A stretch of 64,000 bases of DNA from Eledone cirrhosa. Its lineage: Eukaryota. The notes beneath the pieces are model-generated. The model saw only the letters and a program-made list of their open reading frames with translations. It made no database searches and was not told the DNA's origin. The position numbers were made by a program, and so were the translations under genes. The stretch covers positions 52,390,001 to 52,454,000 of the forward strand of contig OZ024741.1 of NCBI GenBank assembly GCA_964016885.1, written 5' to 3'. Below, one piece after another: positions 44,085 through 59,942 of this stretch. Every line of letters begins with the position of its first letter. The stretch's first letter is position 1.

Positions 44085-44335
44085 ATTGGCAATATTATAT
44101 GTCAGCTCAACGATATGGAGCAGTTAATAGTATTAGTTATACTATTTATGGTTATGTAAATACAAATCCTTATGCAGTTATAAGTATTTTTTATATACAC
44201 CCTAAATAGTAGTAGGCAGTAATGTATTACTACCTTATTACCAGTAAGTTAAGTAGCTCAATGTAAAAACATCAGATGATTTACAGAGCAGTTATATGAC
44301 ATATAAGAATCAAAGAACTGTTCAAAACATTATTG

Positions 44336-44382
44336 TGCTTACAGCTGTTTCCTCCAAACCGAGGTTTGGATTCTTCGGAGCA
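44336..44382 (-). ncRNA. Hammerhead (CCGAAGA) upstream of the PLE ORF
   Basis: Reverse complement of 46910-46956. Confidence 0.8.
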
Positions 44383-44413
44383 ATTTATTAATGCATGGAC
44401 AGTTATATGACCT

Positions 44414-45460
44414 AATATAGAAATTGAGTTCCTACCTAAGAAAACACATAGCTACAACATCATCTCGCACAACATGTCCATGAGGAAACCCAATAATAGG
44501 AATAGCAACCACAAGTACACCAAATCGGAGGGTGCCACCGGAAGTAACCAGTACCATGGAAACTACTGTGGGGCCTTAGGAAGAAGCAACACACCAAACA
44601 CTAAAAGCAAAAATAGAAGAAGAAATAATACATTTTTCAACCCTCCTTTCAACCTAAATGTCTCCACCAACATACCTAGGGCTTTCTTCTCACTACTAGA
44701 TAAAAACTTCCCTCTAGGACACAAGTACCACAACCTCTTAAACAAAAACACCATTAAAATCTCATACTCTACGACGCCTAACTTAGCATACCACATAGCT
44801 AGCAGCAATAATAGTAAAATTAATTCTTACTTCCAACAAACAAAATCACAACAGGATGCAAACCCTCTAAATACCTCTGTAGCAAGCAACCATAGCAACG
44901 GCAGTAACAATAGAAATAACACTAGTATAAGTAATAACACCAGGGTTGACAACCCGAACGCCCAAAATCCTATAGCTACCACACAGACTTCCGCACTGCA
45001 TTATAACCAGCGGACTAACGTACAGGATAATTGTAACTGTAGAGCTAATAGAACCTGCCCTTTAGATAAAAAATGCCTAACCAAGGATATCATATACTCA
45101 TGCACCGTCACGACTAGCAACTCTTCAGAAACCTATGTAGGCTCTACTTCTAACTGCTTCAAAATCAGATATAATTCGCACATCCACTCGTTCAAAAAGC
45201 ACAGCCTAGCAAACTCCACCTCACTTTCTAGCTACATACACTATCTAAAAACTAAAAATAAACCATACACACTCAAATGGGAAGTGATAGGCAGCGACAC
45301 CTCGTACAAACCACCTAATAAATTTTGTAACCTCTGTATACTAGAGACACACAATATTATCTTCTCCAACCGTAACCTACTTAACAAAAAATCTGAGGTG
45401 TTTGCAACTTGCCAGCACCGCTTCAGACATTCCTTCCAAAACTTTAAGCCCAATATATAG
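44414..45460 (+). pseudogene. PLE ORF C-terminus: linker, Cys-rich motif and intact GIY-YIG endonuclease (Nematis-like)
   Basis: FFNPPF...KISYS...NCNCRANRTCPLDKKCL..IIY...YVGST...FKIRYNSH...CNLC..E...LNKKSE...CQH; 5'-truncated at inversion junction 44413. Confidence 0.92.
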
Positions 45461-46909
45461 CAATGTCGGACTGGAACCTAACACCACATCTAGCATCAAA
45501 CACCAGAGGCACACCTTATACTACATACCCAACACTAACTGATCTAATATAACACAAACAACGACATCCCTCTGGAACCCTTCGCAGGGAGAATACCCAT
45601 TTATACCTCTACGTCAGGTGTGACAACATCCACCCACTTGAACTGCACTACACCGCTCTATAGGTAAGTTAAGCATGAATTGATCGGTTTGATAGTGTTG
45701 TGCAGAGGAAGCACCTTCCTTAGACAGATGAAAAACGATTTAATCTAGTAACGCTGTTGAGCAGTAGGACCAGGATGCTGAGCGCAGTGAGTGAATGCAT
45801 TGCAACTGGCGTGCGGGTTGTACATATATGGATGATCTGGCGGTTAGAGAGGGGTCGTGAGGACTGCGGATTGACCTCTGGTCGGCCTGGAGATGATTAT
45901 CTTTCGACATCCAATGTAGCAAGCGATGAACCAGAACTTACCAGAGATCATTGGGTCCTGAAGCAATCCTGCAATCACCGCGTCTGGTCCTATGAGTAGA
46001 CTACAACCACAGAGATCATTAATTTAGAATCCTCGCTCATCATCTATAATATCCATTTGTGACACGTTACGATGGGGTTTAATCCACCATAATAATATGA
46101 ACACCTTCAGCATAACTTAATTAAACTACTCTATAGTTAATACACTTTATGCTTTAAACATTATTTTGGAGGATGCGCATCACCATAGAAATTAGGGTCT
46201 ACATTGTGACACATTTAATAGCTAGGTATAGAAACCCCGGAGTTACCTCCCCGCATGCATTAACTCCCCTTAGCCACACACACACTTCCGGGTGGTATTC
46301 AATGGCGTTTTTCGAAACGTAACAGCCTCCTGTATTGAACTAATGAACACCAGACTACGATTCTCTAACTGGATTGTCAAACGCTCAATATCGAATTGTC
46401 GTGGATTATGTGAGGGGCATATAATCGAAAAATACACTCCCCTGACCATGAAAATGTCGAAGTACATGAAATACTTGACATCCCTTCGCTGTGCATCTCC
46501 AATACTTTTAACACTTTTAATGCTTGCACTATTTTTAATGCTTATAACATTTCTCCACACACAGACTATATCAATCATATAAAGAATTTGCCACCAGATC
46601 TACCAACCTAACACTCTTGTTTACCTACCTAAGTGCCTCTACCACACATATCTCTCTGCCACACTATATAAACAAGACGCACATGCGTGCCACACATATA
46701 ACATTTGCACTATATAACCGCTTATCTTCATGTTGTATTTTGACCTGTATTTTTGATTTTTGATTGTACCTCTTAATATGAATGTAATCTCGAAGTGTGT
46801 ACTGCCACTCTAAATTCTGTAATGAATGTTGACCCACAATATTTGCATATGTATCGGTATGTCTCTTGGCTGAAAAGAAGGTCATATAACTGTCCATGCA
46901 TTAATAAAT

Positions 46910-46956
46910 TGCTCCGAAGAATCCAAACCTCGGTTTGGAGGAAACAGCTGTAAGCA
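46910..46956 (+). ncRNA. Minimal type-I hammerhead ribozyme (CCGAAGA core, palindromic stem III)
   Basis: tgct-CCGAAGA-a tccaaac ctcg gtttgga g-GAAAC agct GTA-agca. Confidence 0.82.
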
Positions 46957-46995
46957 CAATAATGTTTTGAACAGTTCTTTGATTTTTATATTTCA

Positions 46996-47526
<531 letters not shown>

Positions 47527-47602
47527 AAAGTAGCGAAACAAACGGTTATTAAACAATTTTCTAAATAAGTTAAAAAATGATTAAATAATCACCTGTTCAG
47601 AT

Positions 47603-47683
47603 GCTGTTACCGACGGTTTCATCATTCCGAAAGATTGGAAATCCAACGAATTTCCAATGGAAAGAAATGAATCTTCAGACAGC
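47603..47683 (-). ncRNA. Type-I hammerhead ribozyme with extended stem II
   Basis: gctgt-CTGAAGA-ttcatt..attggaaatt cgtt ggatttccaat..aatgat-GAAAC cgtcg GTA-acagc. Confidence 0.8.
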
Positions 47684-48059
47684 CCTATTTCCACGCTATA
47701 AGGTATAGCAAGTAAATATTATGCTCCCTGCCCAACGCATGCGGTCAAGCCGTTAAAGTGACACACACGCAAATCAGGTCGCTGATAAAAGCTGGATATT
47801 ATAAACATGTCGAATTGCCACTAAAATTAGCGGCATTATTCAACGTTTTGTTCTCTACGTAAGGAGAATAAATTATAGAAGTGGATGGATACTTCAACAG
47901 GTACAATGTACTTGTAGAAATATTCAAGTTGTTTATAATACATGTGGTTCAATGGCACTAATTCGAGATACCAGAACAATATAAAAGTAGCGAAACAAAC
48001 GGTTATTAAACAATTTTCTAAATAAATTAAAAAATGATTAAATAATCACCTGTTCAGAT

Positions 48060-48140
48060 GCTGTTACCGACGGTTTCATCATTCCGAAAGATTGGAAATC
48101 CAACGAATTTCCAATGGAAAGAAATGAATCTTCAGACAGC
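48060..48140 (-). ncRNA. Second hammerhead copy
   Basis: Same sequence as 47603-47683, offset 457. Confidence 0.8.
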
Positions 48141-48326
48141 CCTATTTCCACGCTATAAGGTATAGCAAGTAAATATTATGCTCCCTGCCCAACGCATGCG
48201 GTCAAGCCGTTAAAGTGACACACACGCAAATCAGGTCGCTGATAAAAGCTGGATATTATAAACATGTCGAATTGCCACTAAAATTAGCGGCATTATTCAA
48301 CGTTTTGTTCTCTACGTAAGGAGAAT

Positions 48327-50242
<1,916 letters not shown>

Positions 50243-50323
50243 ATATGGCAGCGATAATGAGGGACAGAGACCGCTGGAGAGAACTCGTCCATGGATCTCG
50301 GGAATTTTACCCGCCTTAGATAG

Positions 50324-50325
<2 letters not shown>
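50243..50325 (+). mobile_element. RTE LINE 3' end in (TA)n
   Basis: Matches the reverse complement of 28836-28915. Confidence 0.85.
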
Positions 50326-50354
<29 letters not shown>

Positions 50355-50377
50355 CATATATATATATATATATATTT

Positions 50378-50438
<61 letters not shown>

Positions 50439-50498
50439 AAAAGAATCAGTACCCCGACGGCTGAGCTCCGGCCGTTAGGGAAGCTATATCCGAACAAG

Positions 50499-50720
50499 TT
50501 ATGCATCCGAATACAATTTATTACGTATTTCAATTGTTTCTCCGGCGAACAGCTCGAGCCGCGATCTGTTTGTGGAGCTGTTCGCCGGAGAAACAATTGT
50601 AATACGTAATAAATTGTATTCCGATGCATAAATGATTCTTCGTTTTCCATTTTATCCTGCTCTGCTCCGAAAGAGCATAGAGTGCTCAACCGGCATACCG
50701 TCTATGGACGCATCTTAGCA
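50499..50720 (+). mobile_element. Fold-back mini-element with hammerhead 3' half (GAAACAATTGTA)
   Basis: Arms ~50499-50555 / 50575-50632; relative at 51880-51990. Confidence 0.7.
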
Positions 50721-50793
50721 ACCTTACGACATATTTATATATATTGGACCAATGGTATAGGTGCAATCAAGTTATATATATATATATATATAT

Positions 50794-50990
50794 ATAGGAA
50801 AAGAGTCAGGACCCGACGGCTGAGCTCCGGCCGTTTCGACAGCTAGATCCGAACTGTTCTGATCTAGCTGTCGAAACGGCCGGAGCTCAGGAGTCGGTGT
50901 CCTGACTCTTTTCCTATTACCCACTCTACTACCCTAAGTACTCTGGTGCGTTATGCTCCATCTGGTTTCTTACCACACTTTCTTTGTTAT
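50794..50990 (+). mobile_element. Hairpin mini-element (9310 family)
   Basis: Arms ~50795-50848 / 50861-50916 plus the same tail as 9426-9505. Confidence 0.78.
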
Positions 50991-51148
50991 ATATATTTTA
51001 GTATACGTTGTTTTTTTACCGACACCTCAGTATGCAGATTGGAGCACTCGACGAAGTACGCAGGTTGGTTTGGTTACTCCAGAGTAATGTAAAATAATTA
51101 AGTCAAATATGTAAAATTTGGCTTCGTTTATTATAAATTATAGATTAT

Positions 51149-51203
51149 ACTGCTATATATATTTCGGTGACAGCCATCATTGAGTGTGACCTCTTCAGGC
51201 AGT
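51149..51203 (-). ncRNA. Hammerhead motif (31121 family)
   Basis: actgcCTGAAGAggtcac...caccGAAAtatataTAgcagt on minus. Confidence 0.7.
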
Positions 51204-51996
51204 CCGAATTGGTGTGGGAAAGACAGGTACACATGTTGTTGAAGTGTGTTTTACTCCGTCAATACATCGATATGTCCAGCTCCTGGTTGTGTTGTTATTT
51301 CTCTGAGGAACTGGAATCATATGATATGTCCTTCAGCAAGACACTTTATTTCACGTTGCTCCTTCTACCTGGAGTTGCGACCGATAGATAGTATTAGCAA
51401 CTGGAAAGACCGACGGAAACATTGTTTCCTCGGTCCGATTTGACGAAAGTCGATCGATCCTTTTTTATATATATGTGTGTGTTTGTGTGCGAGTCTGTAT
51501 CTGTGCCTGTATATGGGCATGTAGGCAGGCATCTGTGTATGCGTATGTCTATAGTTTTTTATATGTTCTCCTTAAGTGTGTGTGTATAGCGGGAGTCTAT
51601 GCATACGGATGTTGTTATCTATTTGATTGTGTGTGTGTGTGTGTGTGTGCGTGTGTGTGTATATGTGTGGGTGAGTGCGCGCGTGGACGTGTGAACTACC
51701 AAACCCAGTAGTATTTCATCGAAGTGTGGCAGAAAGGGACAGCTGAGGGTCAGTCGAATGACACTTGTTGGTCAGAATTACGATGACGTAGAAAAACAGC
51801 AGCCAATAACAGGACGCGCGAAGAGGATGTTTTTGACGCTTAAGACCCCAGTGAGAGAATTTGCTCCGAAATCATTAGACGTGTCCGTCGAACCTGCGAT
51901 CAGACAGATCCACACAATGATCCTGTCTCGAGCTGTCCGCCGGCGAAACAATTGTAACACACAATAAAGTGAGTACAGATGCATCACTGATTTTTC

Positions 51997-52669
<673 letters not shown>

Positions 52670-53319
52670 TATGCATATATAAATTATTTTATTATTTGTC
52701 TATGCTAGGGCTCTGTACATATGTAAAAAGAGAAAGGGGAAGAAATACATAGTGCAAAATAAATCTGTACACACGCTCACACACGCAATATTAGAACGCA
52801 GGGTGTACCGTTTATCTTACTTTTCCTAATTTTGTATTCATTAGGGTCTTTCTGAAAGTTCATATATTGTGTCTTGAAAACCACTGTCTTTTGATGCGTC
52901 ATTGTAATAACGCGCAGTCCGATTAAGAGATTTCGCATTAGAAGATACGCTTGATATGGGTTTATTGTTGTTAGTAAGTGTTGTTGGAATTTATAATAAT
53001 ACACCACAATTTTCCAACAGGTTTCCTACAAGGTCAGGCGTTAACAATGTCTAAATCTAAAGAGATATCTAAGAAGTTACCTAATACGTAGAGTCCCTTC
53101 AGTTATAATCTTTAAATGTGTTGATAAACACCTTTATAACAGTATCTGTTGTGTGGCCATTCATACCAGACAAAATTAATAATCATTCATCAAGGAAAAA
53201 ATCGTAACTCTTTCGAATTAAGTCTTAGATATTTCCATACATACATCAAATAAAAGCTGGATACTACGTTTAACTTGCTAAAGTTAAAAGTCTGCTCCAT
53301 GCCCGGAGGTTTGTCAGGT

Positions 53320-53555
53320 TGCTGCCTATCTTGGTTTCCTTGGCATTAAGCGACTGAAAGCATAAGACTCTCCCTGGATAGGACGCCTGTTCATCGCAGG
53401 ATTAATTCCCAGTTAATGCTGGTACTCATTTTCAGAGGAGTGTACAGGAGCAACGTGACGAGTTTTACTCAAGAACACAACTCGCAGCTCTGCCCAGGAA
53501 TTGAAACCACGACATTATGATCGTAAGTCCAACACCCTAACCACAAGACCAATGC
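53320..53555 (-). mobile_element. SINE family B
   Basis: tRNA-like head tggtcttgtggttaggg...ggtttcaattcc on minus. Confidence 0.7.
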
Positions 53556-53932
53556 ATAACTCGTTCTAACACCCCACATGGTCCTTGGAGACCTTTAAAT
53601 AATCACTTATCATAATAAAGGACGGAATCTCTTTCGAAGTATGTCTAAAATATAGAATACGATAAAATTTCCACAATTCAATTCCAGTAAAAGACCCCAT
53701 TGATACATTAAATCATAGCTAACCATTACGTTTAACTTAGGTGATAGGCTTAACTTGTTACCCAGTAGAACACTGCCACCTGGTTAATGGGAGCCTTTAA
53801 AATGAGATTATTTTATTGCTTGTGCAGAGACCCTGTAAAACAGTTCATGAACGCCATTCCTTCCTTCCTCACCTCATTACTATAAATAACGAATTATCAA
53901 AGAATAGCAAAGATTTCGTAGTATGCATAATA

Positions 53933-54335
53933 ATTGTTTTTAATAGAGGCACAAGGTCAGAAGTTATGGGGGTACGACGGGAGGAAGTTGACTATATAGA
54001 CCCAAGTACTTTACTGGTACTATATTTTGTCGACCCCGGAAGTATGAAAATCAAATTTATCTTCGGCGGGATTTGAAATCAGAACGTAAAGAGCTGAAAC
54101 TAACTGTTACAAACGACGCTCTACCGATACTGCCAATCTAACGTCATATTAAGCCTGCGTAGTAATAATTGTTTCTACTTTTGGCACAAGGCCAGCAATT
54201 ACCCCGGTGTATTACTGGTACTTTATTTTATCGAACCCGTAAGGATGAATGGCAAAGTTAACCTTGGCGGAATTTGAACTCAGACCATAAAGGGCCGTAA
54301 CTCTTTGCTGCAAAGCATGACGGCCAATCCTCTAC
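53933..54335 (-). mobile_element. Two adjacent SINE family A copies (53933-54138, 54164-54335)
   Basis: Reverse-complement matches to 3117-3339 and 19036-19225. Confidence 0.82.
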
Positions 54336-54339
54336 CAAT

Positions 54340-54619
54340 TAGCAGCAATAGCAGTGGTAGCAGTAGTAGGTGTAAGAGTAGTAGTAGTAGTTGTAGTAGA
54401 TGTAGTAGTAGTAGTAGATGTTGTAGTTGAAGTAGATGTAGTAGTAGAAGCAATAGTAGTAGTAGGGGTGGTGGTGGTTGTGGTAGCAGCAGCAACAACA
54501 GTAACAGTAGCGACAGCAACAGCAGCAGCAGTAGTAATAGTGGTAGTAGTAGAAGTAGCAGTAGCAGCAATAGTAGTAGCAGTAGTAGTAGTAGCACTTG
54601 TAGTAGCAGCAGCAGTAGC

Positions 54620-54653
<34 letters not shown>

Positions 54654-54725
54654 ATAGTAGTAGTAGTGGTGGTGGTAGTGGTGTTGGTGAGGATGGTAGT
54701 AGTAGTAGTGGTAGTGGTGAGGATG

Positions 54726-54765
<40 letters not shown>

Positions 54766-55085
54766 TGGTAGTGGTGGTAGTGGTGGAGGTGAGGTTGGTA
54801 GTAGTAGTAGTAATAGTAGTAGTAGTAGTAGTAGTAGAAGTAGTAGTGGTGGTGGTAGTGGTGGTGGTGAGGATGGTAGTAGTAGTAGTAGTAGTAGTGG
54901 TAGTGGTAGTAGTAGTAGTAGTAGTGGTAGTAGTAGTAGTAATAGTAGTAGTGATAGTAGTAGTAGTCGTAGAAGTAGTAGTGGTGGTGGTAGTGGTGGT
55001 GGTGAGGATGGTAGTAGTAGTAGTAGTGGTAGTAGTAGTAGTAGTAGAAGTAGTAGTGGTGGTGGTAGTGGTGGTGGTGAGGATG

Positions 55086-55133
<48 letters not shown>

Positions 55134-55134
55134 A

Positions 55135-55180
<46 letters not shown>

Positions 55181-55190
55181 TGTAATAGTT
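54340..55190. repeat. (GTA)n/(GTG)n trinucleotide tract
   Basis: Direct inspection; recurring ggtgaggatggta blocks. Confidence 0.95.
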
Positions 55191-55494
55191 GTCGAGGTGC
55201 AACAAATGGTGCAGAAGTTATCTGGTGCCTCACTTCAGAAGAGATTTTCAAAACTAACTACAATGATATATTCTATTGACAACAAGAATGCGGGAGTAGT
55301 CAAGATAAAAGGAACAGCCGAAAGTGTATGTGTGTAGTGGTGGTGGTGGAGGCTAGTGTAGGGTTGCAGAGTCAGGGGGGAGGTGGATAGATTTGAAGAG
55401 TACAAGGAACTAACGGGATCAGTGAATCGGAATAAGGGTTCAAGCTATTGATATTGACTGTTCCATATTAATGGGGAGGTAACTGTGTGTGTAC

Positions 55495-56420
55495 GGGAGT
55501 GGTTGTGGTGGTGATAGTGATAGTGGTGGTGGTGGTGGTGGTGACAGTGAAGTAATGGTGACTGAGGACGGTAATGGTAGTATAGTTGATGGTGATAGTG
55601 GTGGTGGTGGTGGTGGTGGTGGTGACTGAGCACGGTAGTGGTAGTGGTAGTAGTTGTGTTAGTGGCAGTGGTGGTGGTGGTAGTGATAGTGTAGTGGTGG
55701 TGGTGATGGTGATAGTGGTGGTGGTGGTAGTGACAGTGAGGTAGTGGTGACTGAGTACGATAGTGGTAGTGGTAGTGGTAGTGATGATGGTGGAGATGAT
55801 GGTGGTGGTTGTGGTGGTTGTGGGGGTAGTATTGTGATGGTGTAGTGGTGACTGAGTACTGTAGTAGAAGTAGTTGTGGTAATTAGTGATGATGATGGTG
55901 ATGGTAGTGATGTTTGGAGTGGTTGTGGTGATTATTATGGTGTAGTGGTGGTAGCGGCATAGTGGTGGTTGTGGTGGTGGCGAAGTGGTGGTTGTGGTGG
56001 TGGTGTAGTGGTGGTTTAGGTGTAATGGTGGTTGAGGTGTAGTGGTGGTAGTGTAGTAGTTGTGGTGTAGTGGTAGTAGTTGTGTAAGTGGTAGTGATGA
56101 TGGTGGTGATAATGATGGTTGTGGTGGTAGTTGTGATGGTGTATGGTGCAATGGTTTTGGTGGGGCAGTGGTGATGGTGGTGGTGATGGCTCTAGTGGTA
56201 GTGATGGTGGTGGCGGCTGTTGTGGTGGTGCTGGAGATTACCATGGGGATTTAATGGCGGCTCTGTTGGCGCTTGGAGGTGATGTAGTGGTTGTGGTGTT
56301 GTGGTGATAGTGTAGTGGTGGTACTGATGGAGATGGTGGTGGGAGTGGTAGCGGTGGTGGTATACTTCTTGGTAATCGTATAATGGTGGTGCTGAAGGTG
56401 GTGGAAGAAGTGGTGGTTGC
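55495..56420. repeat. Degenerate (GTG/GTA/GAT)n low-complexity tract
   Basis: Direct inspection. Confidence 0.9.
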
Positions 56421-56533
56421 CAAGGTATCGTTGTAGTTTGGATTCAAGTCAGCTTTGATCCATCCGACTTATGATGAAAGGTGATCTAGCGATCGCCATT
56501 AAATCTCTAATTAAGTATTAATATAGGTATGAT

Positions 56534-56752
56534 GGGGCGGGTGCAGAATTGGTAGAGCGTTGAATAAAATGCCATTGTGGTGTTTGTTCTGGCTATATAC
56601 ATTCTGTGTTCAAAACCCGGTGAAGTCAACTTTGCCTTTGATCCTTCAGGGGTCAATAAAATAAACTACCTGTCAAATACTGGAGTTGATTTAATTAACT
56701 TTGCTTTTCTTCCAAAGTTTCTGGTCTTGAGCCTAAATTAGAAACCAATATT
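56534..56752 (+). mobile_element. SINE family A
   Basis: Homologous to 3117-3339. Confidence 0.8.
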
Positions 56753-56823
56753 ATGTAGAAGTATGTATATATATATGTGTGTATATATGTATATATGTAT
56801 ATATATATCCAAAAGTATTATTT

Positions 56824-57010
56824 GTGAATTGGCTGTATCGGTAGAGGGTCGGACGCCATGCTTTCCAGCATAGTTACGTCCCTTTACGGTCTGAGTTCAA
56901 ATCCCGTCGAGGTTAACTTTGCTTTTCATCCTTACGGGGTCGATAAAATAAAGTACCAGTAATGCACTGGGTAATTGCTGGCCTTGTGCCAAAAGTAGAA
57001 ACATTTATTT
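56824..57010 (+). mobile_element. SINE family A
   Basis: Closely matches 25888-26078. Confidence 0.85.
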
Positions 57011-57028
57011 ATATGTCCGCAAATGGAA

Positions 57029-57520
57029 ATATTTGATTGGACAGAAAGTTTCCGCCATTTTTCAAAAGAAGGTATTTTGGTAGAGTTTTCTGGAAATGTT
57101 AAAGGTTACGCATGCGCGCATATATAAGAAGAGATGTTGGTATGCACTGTGTGCAATGCTCACTTTCTGTTACGTTGTTAAAAAGGAAGTAACATGGATG
57201 TATCCAAATCGATTATTTGTGGCTGTTTACTTTATGACTTCAAATCTGACCTAAGCGCAGCAGCATCGACCGACCCACGCTAGACAGCACGTCAACTCTC
57301 CGAAGTGCTTGGGGCTTCGAAAATAACCACCCACAATCACTTGTATACAATAGGGAAGGGGTCTAATCTGGACCAATGGGTTCCTCACAATCTGACTGAC
57401 CATAATCGGGAATATCAAGCGGCAGCTGCGACTTCTCTAATCTCTTACCATCGCACAACCAACTGGGTACGTTCTATTGTCACTGGTGATGAAAAATGGT
57501 GTCTCTACATAAGTGACTGA
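57029..57520 (+). mobile_element. Deleted mariner (Tc1/mariner) transposon remnant
   Basis: TIR-like atatttgattggacagaaagtttccgcc; MDVSKSIICGCLLYDFK...; QWVPHNLT; IVTGDEKWCLY. Confidence 0.88.
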
Positions 57521-58456
57521 AAAAGATTTGAATAAAGCAAACCATCGTTGTTCCTTTTCACGTTAAGAAATTTTATATTCTGATAGACTTTGCATTTTCT
57601 TCAGTGCTGTTAGTTGTGTTTTAGACATTTTGTTGGCATCGGTAAAGGTAATATATAAGGACCGATTTAAACAAAGTTTCTACTCGCATCCCTCTTCATT
57701 CAGGCATTCCAACATGAAAACCAGTACAGCGCTAGCAAAATGAAGTACCGCATGAAATAACATAGAAGGCCCTCGATAAGTGCGCACCATAAATATGCCT
57801 ACACTGCCTTAGTGAAAAATTAAGTATTTTGCAAGAGTTGTACTCACCAAACAAGTATCTAAACTGTCAGACTGAGGTTTTTAGATATTGTTTGCATCTC
57901 AAAAGTCGCCTCCTATTCAGCTGGATATCCACACCCCAAAATGCTCACTCAACAGATTTGTTAAATCATCCATGACCTTGCGTTCTGTCACCTATACACC
58001 TACCAAAACACACATAGCCCAGGATACACATACAGTATATTCACTAAATCACAAAAACTATATCTTTTGGGTATTAGGATTTTAAATTTTAGATATTTTT
58101 TACAAAAGGTTTTTTAAAAATGAGATTTACACACAAGGTAACACATATTTCTATTTATAGCTGCACACAACGACCTTTATATAAGGATATGGATAAACGT
58201 TCGCCCTTTCTCCCAAAATTCTCAATGAGAATTATCTCCCTTGGCAATTTAAAGTTGATCCTTTGACGATATACTATCTTTACCCGTAGATTCCACTAAA
58301 GTTTTTCTAAAAAAGCTTGCAGTTTATGTTAGGCGCAAATTCGCACCAAGATTATTCGTAAAGGGGTCGAAAAATAAAGTACCAGTAATGTACTGGGTAA
58401 TTGCTGGCCTTGTGCTTTATTCGTAAAGTAACGTTTTTTTTCTTAAAAGTTGTCCT

Positions 58457-58544
58457 TGCGCCTGACGAGATAGGCCAGTTTTAGAAGCACTACTCCACTA
58501 TACAGTGTTAGCCATAACTGGACCCCGAAACCTAAGGTCGGGTA
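58457..58544 (+). ncRNA. Hammerhead motif with long stem II
   Basis: CTGACGA 58462-58468, ccagtt/aactgg stem, GAAAC ctaag GTC 58527-58539; stem I imperfect. Confidence 0.6.
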
Positions 58545-58667
58545 TATATGTAAAGTGCATGAATATAAACTAAACAAAGTCTCTTGTACTAGATTGAGTA
58601 TTTCTTCCTTGAACTTTTATCTACGGATATCCTTCACACACACACACGCGCATGCGCATACACACAT

Positions 58668-58704
<37 letters not shown>

Positions 58705-58875
58705 TATATATGATAGGAGTATCGTGTGTATGCACTTATTTTTTTTATATATTTAGGTGTGTATGTATATATGTATATATGTATGTATATATATATGTGT
58801 GGCTGTGTATGTGTATATATAAATACATACACACGCTCACACGCACATATACATATGTATATACATACACATATA

Positions 58876-58908
<33 letters not shown>

Positions 58909-59387
58909 TTATTTATATAAATATATATTTATATATTTTATACACACATTTAGGTGTATATATGCGTTTTTGTGTGAGACTGAGAAAGCGTTGAGATTAA
59001 TAAAACAACATTGCCCCCCCCCCCCCCCCCCCCAAAAGAAAAAAGAGCAAAACCAGAAATGTTTATGGTAGAAATCACATAAGTTTAGTTTCGTTATTTA
59101 AGACTCTACCAACTTTTTAACGAGAAAATAATTGTTGATTTCCGCTAGAAAATTGAATTTCCGACATTTTATTTAAAAGTATTTACAAGTCTAAGTACAT
59201 ATGCACGTCTGTCCGTAAGTATGTATGTATGTATGTATGTATGTATGTATGTATGTATGTATGTATGTATGTATGTATGTATGTATGTATGTATGTATGC
59301 ATGTATGTATTTATGCAAGTGTGTATGTATTATAATATTTATCTATATACAACAGATTTTTCTTATCTTGTTTACTTTTCCCAGATA

Positions 59388-59429
<42 letters not shown>

Positions 59430-59889
59430 TATATATATATAAATATATGTGTCTATGTGTGTGAAAGTACCTGTATGTGTCGAATTTTACGCACACATAT
59501 ATCCACGCACAGACATACACCTATATCCTTATATAGGCGAATATCACACACACACGCGCGCACGCACACACATGTACATGCCCATACCTACACGCACAAT
59601 ACTCCAATTAAATATAGAGAACATAAAATTAGTTACAATCTAATAAAATTTTCTTGACAGTTAATGTAATTTTTGTTTTAATTCAAAAGAAAAATAGACA
59701 TCGTATTTTTATTTCTTTATCCTCCTTGTATTAGATGGGAGTTCGATAATATTATTGTTTGGTGAATGATTGGCCCTTACATCTACTGAATAAATGAAAT
59801 TATTGAGTAGATAAATGGTAAGCTTTCTCTTAATTAATTAATTTAAGTTTGTATTATTACGCATGCGCATCAGCTGTTAGTATGTACAA

Positions 59890-59925
<36 letters not shown>

Positions 59926-59942
59926 GTGCTTATATATATATA

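Larger units (their letters stand above)
43471..46995. mobile_element. Whole rearranged PLE insertion (inverted segment plus 3' segment) bounded by (TA)n
   Basis: 44305-44413 is the reverse complement of 46879-46985; both ends abut TA repeats. Confidence 0.9.

Noticed and set aside
54280-56447. Poly-V/L/Y/T/H ORFs (mucin-like)
   Set aside because: Trinucleotide repeat tracts open in multiple frames.
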